Positions 19,001 through 30,257 are shown, counted from the first letter of the stretch. The stretch: 30,437 nucleotides of DNA from Polyangiaceae bacterium (GCA_044222475.1 JBGANF010000100.1:1-30437), one strand, 5' to 3'. Notes: generated by a model not told the origin, from the sequence alone. Program-made: numbers and translations.

Positions 19001-21460
19001 CCCGTAGGGCAGCTGCGGGCTGGCTTTCGCGAGCTCACCGAGCTCGCGACGACGCTCCGGGAGCTTTCCTTCGCGCAGCAGGATCTCAAGTCGGAGCAAG
19101 CTTGCTCGCAGCGGATCGCCGCAGTGCTCCGCGACGACTTCGAGGGCTGGCCCGAGCGCGGCGGGATCGAGCGCGCTCGCTGCACGTGCCGACCCTTCGT
19201 TCGCGGGGTCGGCGGCGGCCGCGGCCGCGTAGGCTGCGGTGGCTCGATCGGTGAGCCCGGCGCGCTCGGCGACGAGCCCGGCGGCGAGCGATGCGTGCGC
19301 CGAGTCCGACCAGCTCGCGAGGGCGGCCGAGACCTCCTCGATGCGTCCGGCGGCGGATGCTTCCTCGATGCGGGCGGCTCGCACGAACGGCGCATCGAAC
19401 GCATCGAGCGCGTCGAGGTCGGCGCCTTCGAGCTTCCCCGCGGCGAGCGCGTGTCCCACCCGCAGCGCCGCCCTCGTTGCCGGATCGGCGGTGACCGCGT
19501 CGACATCGTCGGCCAGGGCGGCGCGCAACGACGGCGCGATGTCGGCGGTGAGCGTTCCCTTCGTGCCAGCGAGCGCGCACAGGACGAGCCTCTCCTCGTC
19601 GTCGAATCCTTCGCCGCCGGCGATCTCGGTGAGCGCAGTCGTGTCTCCCGACTCGAGGGAGCGCGCTGCGAGCGCGCGACGCGCGCGGGGGTCGAAATCG
19701 GCGATCTGGCGGAGGAGCGCGATCGAGCGGGGCCGCGCCGCCGTCCGCGTCGCGGCGAGCGCCGCCGCGAGCCAGTGCGAACCGAGGCGCAGCGCGTGCA
19801 GCTCGCCGAGGTGCTCGAGCTGCTCGACCGCAGCGTCGGTGTCGCCGCGTTCGAGCGCGGCGCGGGTGCGACGGAGCGCGTCGAACGGCGTCGGCGGTGC
19901 GTCCTTGCGCTCCACGCCGCTGAGCCCCAAGACCACGTTGACTGCTTGGCCGAGCTCCGCGAGGTGCGGAGCGTCGGGGATGCGCAGCGAGGCGGTCGTC
20001 GGCGTGTTCTGGGCGAGCGCGGTGGCGGCGCGCAAGGTGACGACGCGCGCGTCGTTCGGTGCGAAGCGCGCCGCGTGCTCGAGCCGCTTCGCCGCTGCTT
20101 CGTCCTCGCCGACTCGCGTGAAGAGATCGGCGGCGAGCAGCGCTCCGTGGAGCTTCGCCGATGGAGGTAGGGGGAGCTTCGCCTCGGCGTCGAGGCGCGC
20201 CACGACGGAGGCCGCGTCGAACGGCAGGAACCCGCGCGCCTGGCGGTGGACGAAGACGATGTTCGGCGCGGCGTCGAGCGCCTCTCCGGCGAGGCGCTCG
20301 GCCTCGTCGCGCTGGCCGATGAGGGCTCGGAGCTCGCTGGCGGCGAGGAGGCACCGGGCGCGGCCCGCCTTGTCGAGGACGTTCTGCGCCTCTTCTTCGA
20401 GCATCGCGGCGCGAGTCTCCCAGGCAGCGCGCGCTTCGTCCGACAGCCACTCGGACGCCGGCTTCTCTTCCTCGAAGACGATCGTCCCGCGAAGCTCGGT
20501 CGGAGCCGCGGGCGCCTCGGGCGACGCCGGCGCTTCGGCCGTCTCTGCTTCGACCGGAGGCGGCGCGTCATCGATGGGCGCGTCGAGCAAGGCCGCGAGC
20601 TCCGCGTCCTCGTCGCTGACGGACGGCGCCGCGAGGAGCTCGTCCGAGCGGACCAGCGCCGCCTCTTCCTCGGCGCGCTCGTCGACGTGCTCCACCTTCG
20701 GAGCTGGCACGGCGTGGACGCGCTCGGCCTCGATCTTCGCGCGCAGCGAGGCCAGGTCGTTGACGCTGGTCAAGGCGTCCTCCCCCTCGTCGGCAGGTGC
20801 CGGCGGCGGGAAGCGCGTCGGTTGGTCGTTCTTGGGCGCTTCGGCGGGATCTTGGAAGGGATCGAAGAGAGCGCCCTCCGGGACCGACGGCTCGACGTCG
20901 AGCGTCGCGAGCTGCGGTCGCACGCTCTGCTTCGGCGCGCCCTCGGCGCCGACGTCGATCGCGCTCGTCACGACGGCGTCTTCGTCCTCGTCGCTCCCGC
21001 TCGTGCGGCGCGGCCCGGGGTCGTCGAACAGGACGTCGAGCGACTCTTCGTCCGCCGACGTCTCCGGCTTCGCCGGGGCGTCGCCCTTGCCGAAGAGCTG
21101 GCCGAGACCGCCTCGCTTGCGGGGGATGACGGCCGGCTTCGGCGGGGGAGGCCGCGGAGGGCGCGGCTGTTCGAGGAGCTGCGACGCCGCCGGATCGATC
21201 GTCTCTTGCGGGGGTCGGTAGAGCGCGGCGCCCTTCGGCCCTGCCGGAGGTGCTGGCCTCGGCGGAAGCGCGGGCGCGGGCGGCTTGGCTGCTGGCGCAG
21301 GTGGAGGCGCCGCGGGCGGTTTCGCCGCCGCCTTCTCCGCTTCGTCTTTCGCCGCCTGCTCCTTCGCCAGATCGGGCTCGAACGGCTTCTTGTCCCACTC
21401 GGACAGAGCCGCATCCCAATCGAAATCGTCGAGCGGGGACTTGGTGCCGTCGTCGGTCAT
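16019..21460 (-). CDS. Giant TPR/alpha-solenoid protein (1813 aa) with a disordered Pro/acidic N-terminus and a C-terminal M48-peptidase-like domain lacking HExxH
   Basis: ATG at 21460 overlaps the upstream stop (ATGA, 21457-21460); many TPR-like repeats (e.g. [34 protein letters not shown]); C-terminal [19 protein letters not shown]. Confidence 0.85.
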   Translation of the reverse strand: MTDDGTKSPLDDFDWDAALSEWDKKPFEPDLAKEQAAKDEAEKAAAKPPAAPPPAPAAKPPAPALPPRPAPPAGPKGAALYRPPQETIDPAASQLLEQPRPPRPPPPKPAVIPRKRGGLGQLFGKGDAPAKPETSADEESLDVLFDDPGPRRTSGSDEDEDAVVTSAIDVGAEGAPKQSVRPQLATLDVEPSVPEGALFDPFQDPAEAPKNDQPTRFPPPAPADEGEDALTSVNDLASLRAKIEAERVHAVPAPKVEHVDERAEEEAALVRSDELLAAPSVSDEDAELAALLDAPIDDAPPPVEAETAEAPASPEAPAAPTELRGTIVFEEEKPASEWLSDEARAAWETRAAMLEEEAQNVLDKAGRARCLLAASELRALIGQRDEAERLAGEALDAAPNIVFVHRQARGFLPFDAASVVARLDAEAKLPLPPSAKLHGALLAADLFTRVGEDEAAAKRLEHAARFAPNDARVVTLRAATALAQNTPTTASLRIPDAPHLAELGQAVNVVLGLSGVERKDAPPTPFDALRRTRAALERGDTDAAVEQLEHLGELHALRLGSHWLAAALAATRTAARPRSIALLRQIADFDPRARRALAARSLESGDTTALTEIAGGEGFDDEERLVLCALAGTKGTLTADIAPSLRAALADDVDAVTADPATRAALRVGHALAAGKLEGADLDALDAFDAPFVRAARIEEASAAGRIEEVSAALASWSDSAHASLAAGLVAERAGLTDRATAAYAAAAAADPANEGSARAASALDPAALGPALEVVAEHCGDPLRASLLRLEILLREGKLPERRRELGELAKASPQLPYGNFLAEREARRVGDVEGVLELLRERAAAATDPLEKAVDLVRDAFLTADVDGAGAAARLEEALKARPDDVAVRELFERLSPSPPADRAAWREARAAAATGAARDLMLLEAAWDHERQGEHAAALDSLRKLTTAGTVAPLVRVALERAELAAGDAARLADELLAEARSASSVKARSEAYERLAELDRDARNDPGSALLWHRTILEETPDHAPSLRHVEHALIDGRRDDEIEPILASIAQYLKGTAGEALSHAEEAARFRMNANQWDATLSLAELAVAEKVPTLWALRLRNAHARAKGDDEALLVTTKALIERSSRPGELATLLLRATEAATRLGKLDEAKTFVERATVEDPGDTVAWRALSEVQLAAGAHGAAAEALEAMGRTSNVEEHRIDAYYAAAVAWLDGAQNEERAIAAFEQVAASNVTYKDVFPRLSRLYAKRGARTELAALLERRIGTVLDPEERVDLEVDRGRVLAEIGDPGAAKEAYEAALAIKPDHAGALAAAGDLAFQEKDWEGAEQAWVRLVRLVANPEEQLAIYRRLGALYAEQLSNYSRAEVALQEVLKRAPDDVEVREQLVDVYKHQNDSARALEAQQDLISRAPDSKTKQKRLVELSSIYETVAHDLRKAEQTLEAARREFPSDVGTLRALAEFYVRQKQTPAVNILLDRAAGDARRAVAAGRITPAIFETMATAYELRNKGDAAHVVKASLGALKNEPQAGGALRGAEARALDPRLDDLLAPELLTAAARALLTRTGSALDAAVPLDPRALRANPLAASEPAARLAIGLSQAAGVPNLQLFVSPQLGRTCVPGASPGPILIMGEDLVSETRELARAFLITRAVKLLQLHGSAFARLPPADLPVLVGAWLKAFVPNWSPQGIAPAPLAEAGRRLAGGLPKQLDPDLGAMALEVIGGVGPQIAALGTAVLSYANRAALLAVGDPSAALDALAWASGPKMTGAPATEQERVSWVGRQADAKDVIAFTLADAYMEARSRLGVR

Positions 21461-24400
21461 GGCGCTTCGAGCCCCATCGCGCGACGGGCATCCGAGTATG
21501 ACTGTGACAGGAGGAACCTCGCAAGCGCGGCGACGCGCGAGTCGCCCATGCCGGCGGGGGGGACGAGGTCCATGAGAACGGTCGGCAGCTCGCCCGAAGC
21601 GACGAGCGCGACGCGGGAGAGCGAGAGCAGCGCCGCGTGGGCGAACATCCGCGCGTCGGGCGACTGCTGGGCGACGATGGCGCACGTCTCGCGCATCGCG
21701 TTCTTGGTCTTCCGCGCGATCGCCTTGGAGATCAGCTTTTCGACCTCGGCGAGGACGGCGTACGGGGGAGCTTGGATCGGTACGTCGACGATGCGGCACG
21801 CGGCGACGACGATCGCAGCGATCGTCGTCTCGTCGCGGGTGCGCAGGACCGTGGTGCCGCGCGACAGAGCGAAGAGCTCTCGCGCGAAGCGCCCGCGCGT
21901 CGCCGGGTCGAACGGAGCGCGGACACCGGAGCCCACGACGATGGCCGGCTCCTCGCCAGCGACGCCTTGCACGCCGAGCGGGTCCTTGCCGCCGACGTAG
22001 AGCTGCACCTCACCGAGGCCGAACGCACCGGCCCACGCGGCGTGTTCGTTGTACAGCGGGAGGCCGGAGCGTGGATCCACGCGATCACGGCGGCCGACGC
22101 CGATCGCGTCGCGCGAGGGGCCGAGCGCCTCGCCGAGGGTCGGCCCGAGGATCGCGAAGAGCTGAGCGATCGGCCCGTCGTCGCCGGGGGCGAGGAGGTG
22201 CTTGAGCGTCGCCGGCGTGACGGCGGTCTGCGGCACCACGCGGCCGCGCTGAGCGCGAATCCGCGTCTGCGCATCGACGAGAGCGACGGTCTTCACGCCG
22301 AGCGAAGCAGCGAGGCCGAGCGCGGCCTCCTGGAGCCCCATGTTGCCGAGCGCCTGGGCGACCCAGCCGAGCCTCGCGGCGGCTTCGGGGTCGGTGGGGT
22401 TCTGCGCGAGCTTGGCCACGATCGCGGCTTGCGCCGCCGCGAGCAGGCGCTTTCGCTCCGGCGATTGGATCCCGAGGAGGACGTCGACGGCCTCGGGCTC
22501 GTCGGGCGACTCCTCGAGCGCGCGGATGACGGCGCGCTCGGCGCGCTGCGGAGCGGAAAGCTTGTCACGGTAGATCGCGATCGCGAGCCGGGCCGCGTCG
22601 AGTCGCCCGTTGCGGTCCGTGCGCTCGGTCATGAGCTCTTCGAGGATGCTGGTCGCTTCCTCCCACGAGCCGGTCTTCGCCGCCGCCTTCGCGAGGCGCT
22701 CGCGAACGGGGAGGGTCGTGAGCTTCGCTCGGTGGAGCATCACGAGAACCTCGAGCGCGCGAGCGGGCTGGTCGAGCTTGTTCTCGTAGAGGTCGACGGC
22801 GGCGACACCGGCGGTGATGCGGTTCTTTGGCGGAGCTTGATCGAGCGAGGCGAGGCGCGCGAGGCGCTCGGCGGCGTCGGCGAAGTTTCCTTTGCGGATC
22901 GAGATCTCGCCGCTGAGCGCGAGCGCGCCGACGTGATCCGGCTCGATCATGACGACGTTCTCGAGCGCGGTGAGCGCGCCGTCGGTGTCGCCTCGTTCGC
23001 GGAGGACACGGGCCTGCTCCCAGAAGAGCTTGCCTACCTCCGGCGGATCGTCGGTGTTCTGCAAGCGCTTCGTGATGAGCGCGAGGAGCCGATCGCCGTC
23101 CTTGCGCTCGCGCACGCGGCGGAACAGACGGTCGAACGCCGACGTGCGGCGCGGGTCGCGCTCGAACGCGGACTCCAGCGCAGCGTCCGCGGCTGCGTCT
23201 TGACCGAGCTCGACGTAGATGTTCGCGGCCTCTTCGAAGTACGCGGCGCCGCGCTGAGCGTCGCCGGCGAGCTCTCCGAGGTGGAGCGCGGCCTCTGCGC
23301 GCAGCTCGCGGTGCCCGCCCGCCTCGGCGGCGGTCCGCAAGCCCTCCCACGCCGCGAAGTCGTCGGGTCGAGCCTGGGCGACGGCGTGGAACACTTCGAC
23401 CGCGCCGTCCGTGTCTCCGGCGATGATGAGCGACCACCCGCCGAGCGCGAGCGCATCGGCTTGTGCCGCCTCGCCGAGGGCGTCGCCGAGGTTGCACAGC
23501 GCGGTGGCGCGCCGGCGCGGATCGGATCCGGGGAGCGCGAGCTCGAGGTTCGCGAGTCGGACCGAAGAGCCGTCGCCGTCGAGGAGCGGCGTCGTGATCG
23601 TGTCGTCGCCGATGCGCACGCGATCGAGGATCGCGGCGCCGGCCGCGAGCTGCTCGCGCGCTTCGCCGCCGAGCGCGTCGGCGAGGGCACGCCGAGAGGC
23701 GACGTCGTCCGCGAGGTCCTTCGTCTCCGCCGCGGACACGAGCCACGCGAACGCGGCGGGAGCGCCGCCGCCCACGTCGACCCAGGTTCGCGCTGCTTGC
23801 GCCCGAGCTTCGGGGTCCGCTTCGCGTGCGCGGCGAACGCGCTCGGCGGCTGCGAGCTCAGGGGCGCCTTGGGTCGTGACTACTTCGAGGGCGACCTCGA
23901 CGGCGTCTCGGTCGGAGCTGGCTTGCGGCAGCACGAGCCGAGCGAGCGCCGCCGCGACGGCGAGCGCGCCGCCTTCGGGCTCGCGCTCGAGCGTGCGCAG
24001 CGCGGTCTCCGCGTCGCCCGATTGACCGGCGGCGAGCTCGGTGGCGAGTCTCTCGAGATCGAGGACTCCCGCGTCGCCGCCGCCCTCGCGGGCGCGCTCG
24101 ATGGCGACGCGGCGACCTTCGACGGCGTCCGGATCGATCGCGCGCGACGCCCAGCCGACGACCATCTTCGCGGCGCGGCCCGATGCTCCCTCGCCTCGCT
24201 CCGACGCGAGGAGGAAGGCCTGGAGCGCGCCCGCGCGATCGTTCGCGCGCCACCGCGCGAAGCCGGCCTCGAGAGCGAGCGCGCACGCGGCTGCGGCGTC
24301 GCTCGTGGACTGCGCGAAGGCCTCGAGCACGCTGGCGGCGGCTTGAGGATCGTCGGCCTTGCGGTCGAGGTCGGAGAGGAACGCAGCGACGACGGCGTCG

Positions 24401-26259
24401 TCCTTTCGTTCGCTCAGCCGCTCCTTGAGGATCTCCTTCGCGCGCGCCGTGTCGTTCGCCCCGTGGGCACGGAACGCCGCGAGCAGGCGGAGCGAGCGCG
24501 CGGCGGCTTCGCTCGGCTCGTGGGCGGCGAGCGCGAGCAACCCATCCGGTCCGAGCTTGTCCCGCTTGGCGGCTTCGCCCTCGGCGGGTCGCCCGTCGTC
24601 GAGCGGCAGGTACGCCTCGAGCACGCGGCCGAACCAGGCGCTCTCGGCGCCGTTGGCCAACTCTGCGACGGCCTTCTTCGCGCCGTCGACGTCGCCACGG
24701 GCGATGCGCGCGCGCAGCAGCTCGAACCAGAGGCCGGCGAGCTCCGCGGCGTCGACGCCGCTCGCGATGAGACGTCGGGTGGCTTCGTCGTGCCAGGCTG
24801 CGTCGCCCTTCACGAGAGCGAACGCGCGCGCGACTCGCGCCACCGTTCCCGGCGGAACCTCCGACGCTTGAGCCTGCGACAGCGCGAGCTTCGCTGCGGC
24901 GACGTCGTCGGCCTCGAGCGCCCACGCGAAGGCGCTGAGCAGGTACGCTCGCCCGCGCGCGGCATCGGTTCCGAAGCGCTCCGCGAACGACTCGAGCTGC
25001 TCCGCGAACGGAGCTCCACCGCCGGCGCCCGCGAGCAGGTCCAGCTGGAGCGCTCGGGCCGGGAGAGACGACGGGTCGGCCTTGGTCGCCTTGCCGAGCG
25101 CCTCGAGGGCTTTGTCGCGGTCGCCTTGGCTCATCGCCAGCTCGGCGACGCGGATCGCGAGCGCGCTCGCGCTGCCGCTGTCGGTCTCGAGCGCGAGGCG
25201 CTTCTGCGCGATGTCTCCGGCGAGCGCCGTGTCACCGAGCACCTCGGCGACGCGCATGCGCGCGGCGAGTACCGCGCCGTACGCGAGGCCATCGGCGTCG
25301 GGCTCGGTCCCGAGCAGCTCGATGGCGCGGTCGAGCAGCGTCGCGGCGGCGCTCGCTTCGCCGATCGCGCGCCGGCCGTCGGCGGCGCGGAGGAACGCGT
25401 CGGCGACGTGCGCGCGGGTGCGGGTCCAACCCGGGACGCCGAGAGCGTCGGCGCGCTCCGGCGCGGTGAGGCCTTCGGCGGCCAGCACTCCGAGCGACTC
25501 CAACGCCGCCGCGTGGAGGCGCATGCGCGCGGGATCCTCTCCGCGCGAGAGGCGCTCGGCGAGGAGCGCGGCGATGTACGTCGCGCGCGACGCGAGATCC
25601 TTGGCGCGCTCGAGGAGCTCCAGGGCACGATCCGTCTGCCCCGCTTGCTCGGCGAGGCGCGCGAGATCGATGAGGAGCAACGCTTGCCACGTCGGGTCGC
25701 CGGCGTGCTTGATGCGAAGCTCGAGCGCGCGCTCGCGCAGGGCCACGTCACCGACGCGACAGGCGATGAGCTCGAGCGCGAGCGCGGCGGTCGCTTCCTC
25801 TGGGGCGGGGGGATCGGCCGACGCGGCTTCGGTGAGCGCCTCTTCGATCGCCGTCTTCGCGCCGTCGACGTCGGCGCTGACGTCCTCGAGGTAGGCGGCT
25901 CGCATGAGCAGCGCGCGGGCCTTCTCGGACGGGGTCACTGCGGCGCGCACGAGTGCGTCGATGACGCGGCCGAGGTTCTTCAGCGAGCGGCGTCGCTCGA
26001 GGAGACGAACGAGAGCCTCGAGCGGCTCGCGAAACGTGGGGTCTGCGTTGAACGCAGCCAGGTACTCGCGTGCTGCCGTCGGCTCGTCGCCGGTGCGCTC
26101 GGCGATCTCACCGGACTCTCCGAGGAGGCGGGCGAGCCGCTCCTTGTCCGTCGTCTTCGCGATCTCGGCACGGAGCCACGCTGCCGTCGTCGCCGCGCTA
26201 TCCGCAGCGCCGCCCTTGGCAGTCTCCGACCCTTCTGGGTTGCTCAGCCGTTCGGACAT
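21457..26259 (-). CDS. Giant TPR/alpha-solenoid protein (1600 aa) with a C-terminal domain paralogous to that of the downstream gene
   Basis: Long Ala-rich ORF with GC3-biased codons; TPR-like repeats (AREYLAAFNADPTFREPL, ALENVVMIEPDHVGAL); ends LARFLLSQSYSDARRAMGL. Confidence 0.87.
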   Translation of the reverse strand: MSERLSNPEGSETAKGGAADSAATTAAWLRAEIAKTTDKERLARLLGESGEIAERTGDEPTAAREYLAAFNADPTFREPLEALVRLLERRRSLKNLGRVIDALVRAAVTPSEKARALLMRAAYLEDVSADVDGAKTAIEEALTEAASADPPAPEEATAALALELIACRVGDVALRERALELRIKHAGDPTWQALLLIDLARLAEQAGQTDRALELLERAKDLASRATYIAALLAERLSRGEDPARMRLHAAALESLGVLAAEGLTAPERADALGVPGWTRTRAHVADAFLRAADGRRAIGEASAAATLLDRAIELLGTEPDADGLAYGAVLAARMRVAEVLGDTALAGDIAQKRLALETDSGSASALAIRVAELAMSQGDRDKALEALGKATKADPSSLPARALQLDLLAGAGGGAPFAEQLESFAERFGTDAARGRAYLLSAFAWALEADDVAAAKLALSQAQASEVPPGTVARVARAFALVKGDAAWHDEATRRLIASGVDAAELAGLWFELLRARIARGDVDGAKKAVAELANGAESAWFGRVLEAYLPLDDGRPAEGEAAKRDKLGPDGLLALAAHEPSEAAARSLRLLAAFRAHGANDTARAKEILKERLSERKDDAVVAAFLSDLDRKADDPQAAASVLEAFAQSTSDAAAACALALEAGFARWRANDRAGALQAFLLASERGEGASGRAAKMVVGWASRAIDPDAVEGRRVAIERAREGGGDAGVLDLERLATELAAGQSGDAETALRTLEREPEGGALAVAAALARLVLPQASSDRDAVEVALEVVTTQGAPELAAAERVRRAREADPEARAQAARTWVDVGGGAPAAFAWLVSAAETKDLADDVASRRALADALGGEAREQLAAGAAILDRVRIGDDTITTPLLDGDGSSVRLANLELALPGSDPRRRATALCNLGDALGEAAQADALALGGWSLIIAGDTDGAVEVFHAVAQARPDDFAAWEGLRTAAEAGGHRELRAEAALHLGELAGDAQRGAAYFEEAANIYVELGQDAAADAALESAFERDPRRTSAFDRLFRRVRERKDGDRLLALITKRLQNTDDPPEVGKLFWEQARVLRERGDTDGALTALENVVMIEPDHVGALALSGEISIRKGNFADAAERLARLASLDQAPPKNRITAGVAAVDLYENKLDQPARALEVLVMLHRAKLTTLPVRERLAKAAAKTGSWEEATSILEELMTERTDRNGRLDAARLAIAIYRDKLSAPQRAERAVIRALEESPDEPEAVDVLLGIQSPERKRLLAAAQAAIVAKLAQNPTDPEAAARLGWVAQALGNMGLQEAALGLAASLGVKTVALVDAQTRIRAQRGRVVPQTAVTPATLKHLLAPGDDGPIAQLFAILGPTLGEALGPSRDAIGVGRRDRVDPRSGLPLYNEHAAWAGAFGLGEVQLYVGGKDPLGVQGVAGEEPAIVVGSGVRAPFDPATRGRFARELFALSRGTTVLRTRDETTIAAIVVAACRIVDVPIQAPPYAVLAEVEKLISKAIARKTKNAMRETCAIVAQQSPDARMFAHAALLSLSRVALVASGELPTVLMDLVPPAGMGDSRVAALARFLLSQSYSDARRAMGLEAP

Positions 26260-26308
26260 GGATGGGGAGCCCGCGTGGTGGGGGCGGGCGCGACGCTGAC
26301 GAATCGTT

Positions 26309-26596
26309 TCACAGAAGCTGGTTCAGCTTCTCGTTGATGCGGTCCTCGATCGTACCCTTCATCACGCGAAGCATGAAGGGGAGGTCGACCTCCACTCGTA
26401 CTTCCTTCTCCGTGACGGAGACTGCACCTTTTGCGCCCTTGGCGACGCCGCCGGGCGCGTCGAACTTGATGGCGTCACCGGCCCAGCTCCAGACGATTCC
26501 GAGCTTGGTTTCCATGCTCTTGGCGAGCTCTTCGGCCTTCTGCTTCGCGGTGTCTTTGGGGAGGGAATGAGACCGCTTGATGTCGATCGTAGCCAT
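26309..26596 (-). CDS. Polyhydroxyalkanoic acid system family protein (PHA_gran_rgn-like), 95 aa
   Basis: MATIDIKRSHSL...AKQKAEELA...WSWAGD...GAKGAVSV...VEVDLPFMLRVMKGTIEDRINEKL pattern; GGAG RBS. Confidence 0.88.
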   Translation of the reverse strand: MATIDIKRSHSLPKDTAKQKAEELAKSMETKLGIVWSWAGDAIKFDAPGGVAKGAKGAVSVTEKEVRVEVDLPFMLRVMKGTIEDRINEKLNQLL

Positions 26597-26611
26597 GTTT
26601 CTCCAAAAGTA

Positions 26612-27211
26612 TCACTCGATGCGCTTCACAATCCAGTACCCCCGCGGGGTATCCACGGGACCATCGACCTTGCCCACCCCCAAGGTGAACAGAAGATACT
26701 CCGGGGCCGGCTCCAAGTTGCCGCGGTTCACCCGGCCGACGTCGTCGGACGAGCCGTCGTCCCCCTTGCGAACGGCCGCATGGAAATCGGTCTTGGCGTC
26801 TTCCGCGAGCTTTCGGGCGAGCTCCTCGGCGTCCCGCTTCGAGCGGGCGGTCGGCGAGGCGAGCTCGGCCCCGGCGTAGGTGATCAGCACCACCCCGAAT
26901 CGGACCTTCACCGGGGCGTCGGCCGGGAGCGGTGGGACCTCGCTCCCGTCGAGCATGCGGAAACCGACTCCGCCGTCGCGGCGCGGCTCGTTCGTCGGAA
27001 AGAGCGGCATCGACGAGGCCATGTCCGCATCCCCGAGGTCGAGGTAGTCGCCTCCGTCGGCAGAAACGCCCGCATCGGTCGAGGCGCTGGCCTCCGGGCC
27101 GGCTTCGGTCGGTGCGCGCCACGGCCTCCAGTTCGACATCGCTTGCCCGGCGAGCAGGACGGCGATGGACACGGCCGCCATGCCGAGCACGATCGAGAGC
27201 CAGCGCTGCAT
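26612..27211 (-). CDS. Membrane-anchored parvulin (PpiC-type rotamase)-like protein with degenerate active site
   Basis: N-terminal TM helix WLSIVLGMAAVSIAVLLAG; RSKRDAEELA, DF, DVGRVNRGNLEPAPEYLLFTLGVGKVDGPVDTPRGYWIVKR resemble the parvulin core. Confidence 0.8.
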   Translation of the reverse strand: MQRWLSIVLGMAAVSIAVLLAGQAMSNWRPWRAPTEAGPEASASTDAGVSADGGDYLDLGDADMASSMPLFPTNEPRRDGGVGFRMLDGSEVPPLPADAPVKVRFGVVLITYAGAELASPTARSKRDAEELARKLAEDAKTDFHAAVRKGDDGSSDDVGRVNRGNLEPAPEYLLFTLGVGKVDGPVDTPRGYWIVKRIE

Positions 27212-27217
27212 CGAGGG

Positions 27218-27757
27218 CTACGCCGCCCCTGCCGCGCCCGGATCTGCCATCGAGTCGTCGTCCGAGGGAGCGGTCGGCGGGCCGAACTCCTCGTAGGGCC
27301 GGAGCGTCGCCGGCGGAGGGTCGCCGAACAGCTCGAGCTGGGCGGCGAGCCAGTTCTGGCGCGCGATGAGGGAGGTCGTCCGCGCGAGCTCCTTGGGCTG
27401 CGTGCGATCGACCGAGTCCTGGAGGAGCTTGGACAGCTCCTGATCGACCTCGGCGAGCTCCTTGCGCACGAGGACCGGGTCGACCGCGGAGCGCTCGACG
27501 AACTCGTCGGTGAGGACGAGCACCTTGTCGGCGCTCACCTCGACGAAGCCGCTGCCGATGGCGCACTTCTTCGTGTCGTTGCCGACGCGGTACGTGACGA
27601 TGCCCGTGCGCGCGGCGGCGAGGGCAGGCAAGTGTCCGGGGAGGACGCCGAACTCGCCCGCCTCACCGGGGAGAGAGACCTCGTCCACCTTCTCGAGGAG
27701 AGCGCGCCCCTTCGGCGTCACGACCTCGAGCTGGATGCGGTTGTCACCTTCGGCCAT
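27218..27757 (-). CDS. atpC: F0F1 ATP synthase subunit epsilon, with C-terminal extension
   Basis: IQLEVVTPKG, LPGEAGEFGVLPGHLP and GFVEVSADKVLVL; 3 nt downstream of atpD. Confidence 0.93.
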   Translation of the reverse strand: MAEGDNRIQLEVVTPKGRALLEKVDEVSLPGEAGEFGVLPGHLPALAAARTGIVTYRVGNDTKKCAIGSGFVEVSADKVLVLTDEFVERSAVDPVLVRKELAEVDQELSKLLQDSVDRTQPKELARTTSLIARQNWLAAQLELFGDPPPATLRPYEEFGPPTAPSDDDSMADPGAAGAA

Positions 27758-27760
27758 GGG

Positions 27761-29347
<1,587 letters not shown>

Positions 29348-29395
29348 TCAAAGGCACCGATTGGCCAGAGGGGAAGCGTGATAAACCTCTGGACC

Positions 29396-30238
29396 ATGAG
29401 GCTTCGCGCTCTTCCGCTCGCCGGGGGCCTCCTGCTCGCCGCCGCCGGAACCGGGCGCGCCGCGTCGCCGATCAGCACCGACAACGAGCCGCCGTCGTGG
29501 TCGAGCGTCGAGGCCCAGTACGAGGTCAAGGCGTCGGAGCAGCTCGACTTCGTCATCCGCGCGACGGACCCGGAGAACGATCCGATCCGCTACGAGGTCC
29601 GCGGTCTGCCGTTGAACGCGAGAGCGACCCCGGGGGACGGCGGAGTCCAGGTCAAGTGGGCCACCGAGGACTCCGACGCCGGGACGTACCCGATCGAGAT
29701 CTTCGCCAGCGACGGCAAGACGACGATCCACAAGAAGATCGACATCGTCGTCGCCGAGCAGTCCGAGAGCTTCTTCGTCCCCGGTGTCGGCTACGAGCTC
29801 TACGTCCCGAACGACACGAGCAAGCTCGGGTTCATGAACGGGTTCCGCATCGAGTTCCTCGGCGCGAGCTACGTCCACAAGAACGGCAAGCCGGGGCCGA
29901 GCCACGGTCGGTTCTTCGTCCACTTCGACGTGCTCTTGTCGACGAAGAGCGAGGTGCCGGCGGCGTTCCTGCCGACGCTCGGCTTCGACTTTTCGTTCGA
30001 GAGAAACCCGCCGCGCCGCTTCTTGGTGCCGTTCTTCGGGCTGGAAGGCGGCGCGTGGTTCAACGGAGTGACGGGGTCGCTCGGCTTCATGCACCCGTTC
30101 CTCGGAGTGCACCTCTGGACGAAGTCGAACGTGTTCATCGGGATGAGGGGAGGGTACTTCCTGCCGTTCACCTCGGAGCAGTTCGACGTGGTGCGGGGTT
30201 TCCGGGCCTCGGCGACGGTGGACCTGTCGTTCTGGTGA
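29396..30238 (+). CDS. Exported protein with a cadherin/Ig-like domain and a C-terminal putative outer-membrane beta-barrel (alternative GTG start at 29378)
   Basis: Signal peptide MRLRALPLAGGLLLAAAGTGRA; NEPP...ATDPEND...GLP...DAGTYPIEIFASDG Ig/cadherin-like pattern; alternating amphipathic strands ending ASATVDLSFW. Confidence 0.8.
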   Translation: MRLRALPLAGGLLLAAAGTGRAASPISTDNEPPSWSSVEAQYEVKASEQLDFVIRATDPENDPIRYEVRGLPLNARATPGDGGVQVKWATEDSDAGTYPIEIFASDGKTTIHKKIDIVVAEQSESFFVPGVGYELYVPNDTSKLGFMNGFRIEFLGASYVHKNGKPGPSHGRFFVHFDVLLSTKSEVPAAFLPTLGFDFSFERNPPRRFLVPFFGLEGGAWFNGVTGSLGFMHPFLGVHLWTKSNVFIGMRGGYFLPFTSEQFDVVRGFRASATVDLSFW

Positions 30239-30257
30239 TCTTCACGCCAACTCCCCG

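Noticed and set aside
21461..21799. N-terminal extension of the 1926-aa ORF
   Set aside because: It overlaps the upstream TPR gene in another frame; the ATG at 21460 gives a clean ATGA coupling.
21637..26337. 1566-aa plus-strand ORF (and similar long ORFs 16472..20170, 14314..16071 and 11170..13317)
   Set aside because: These are antisense shadows of real genes, expected from GC3-biased codon usage; the translations are Arg/Gly-rich with no motifs.
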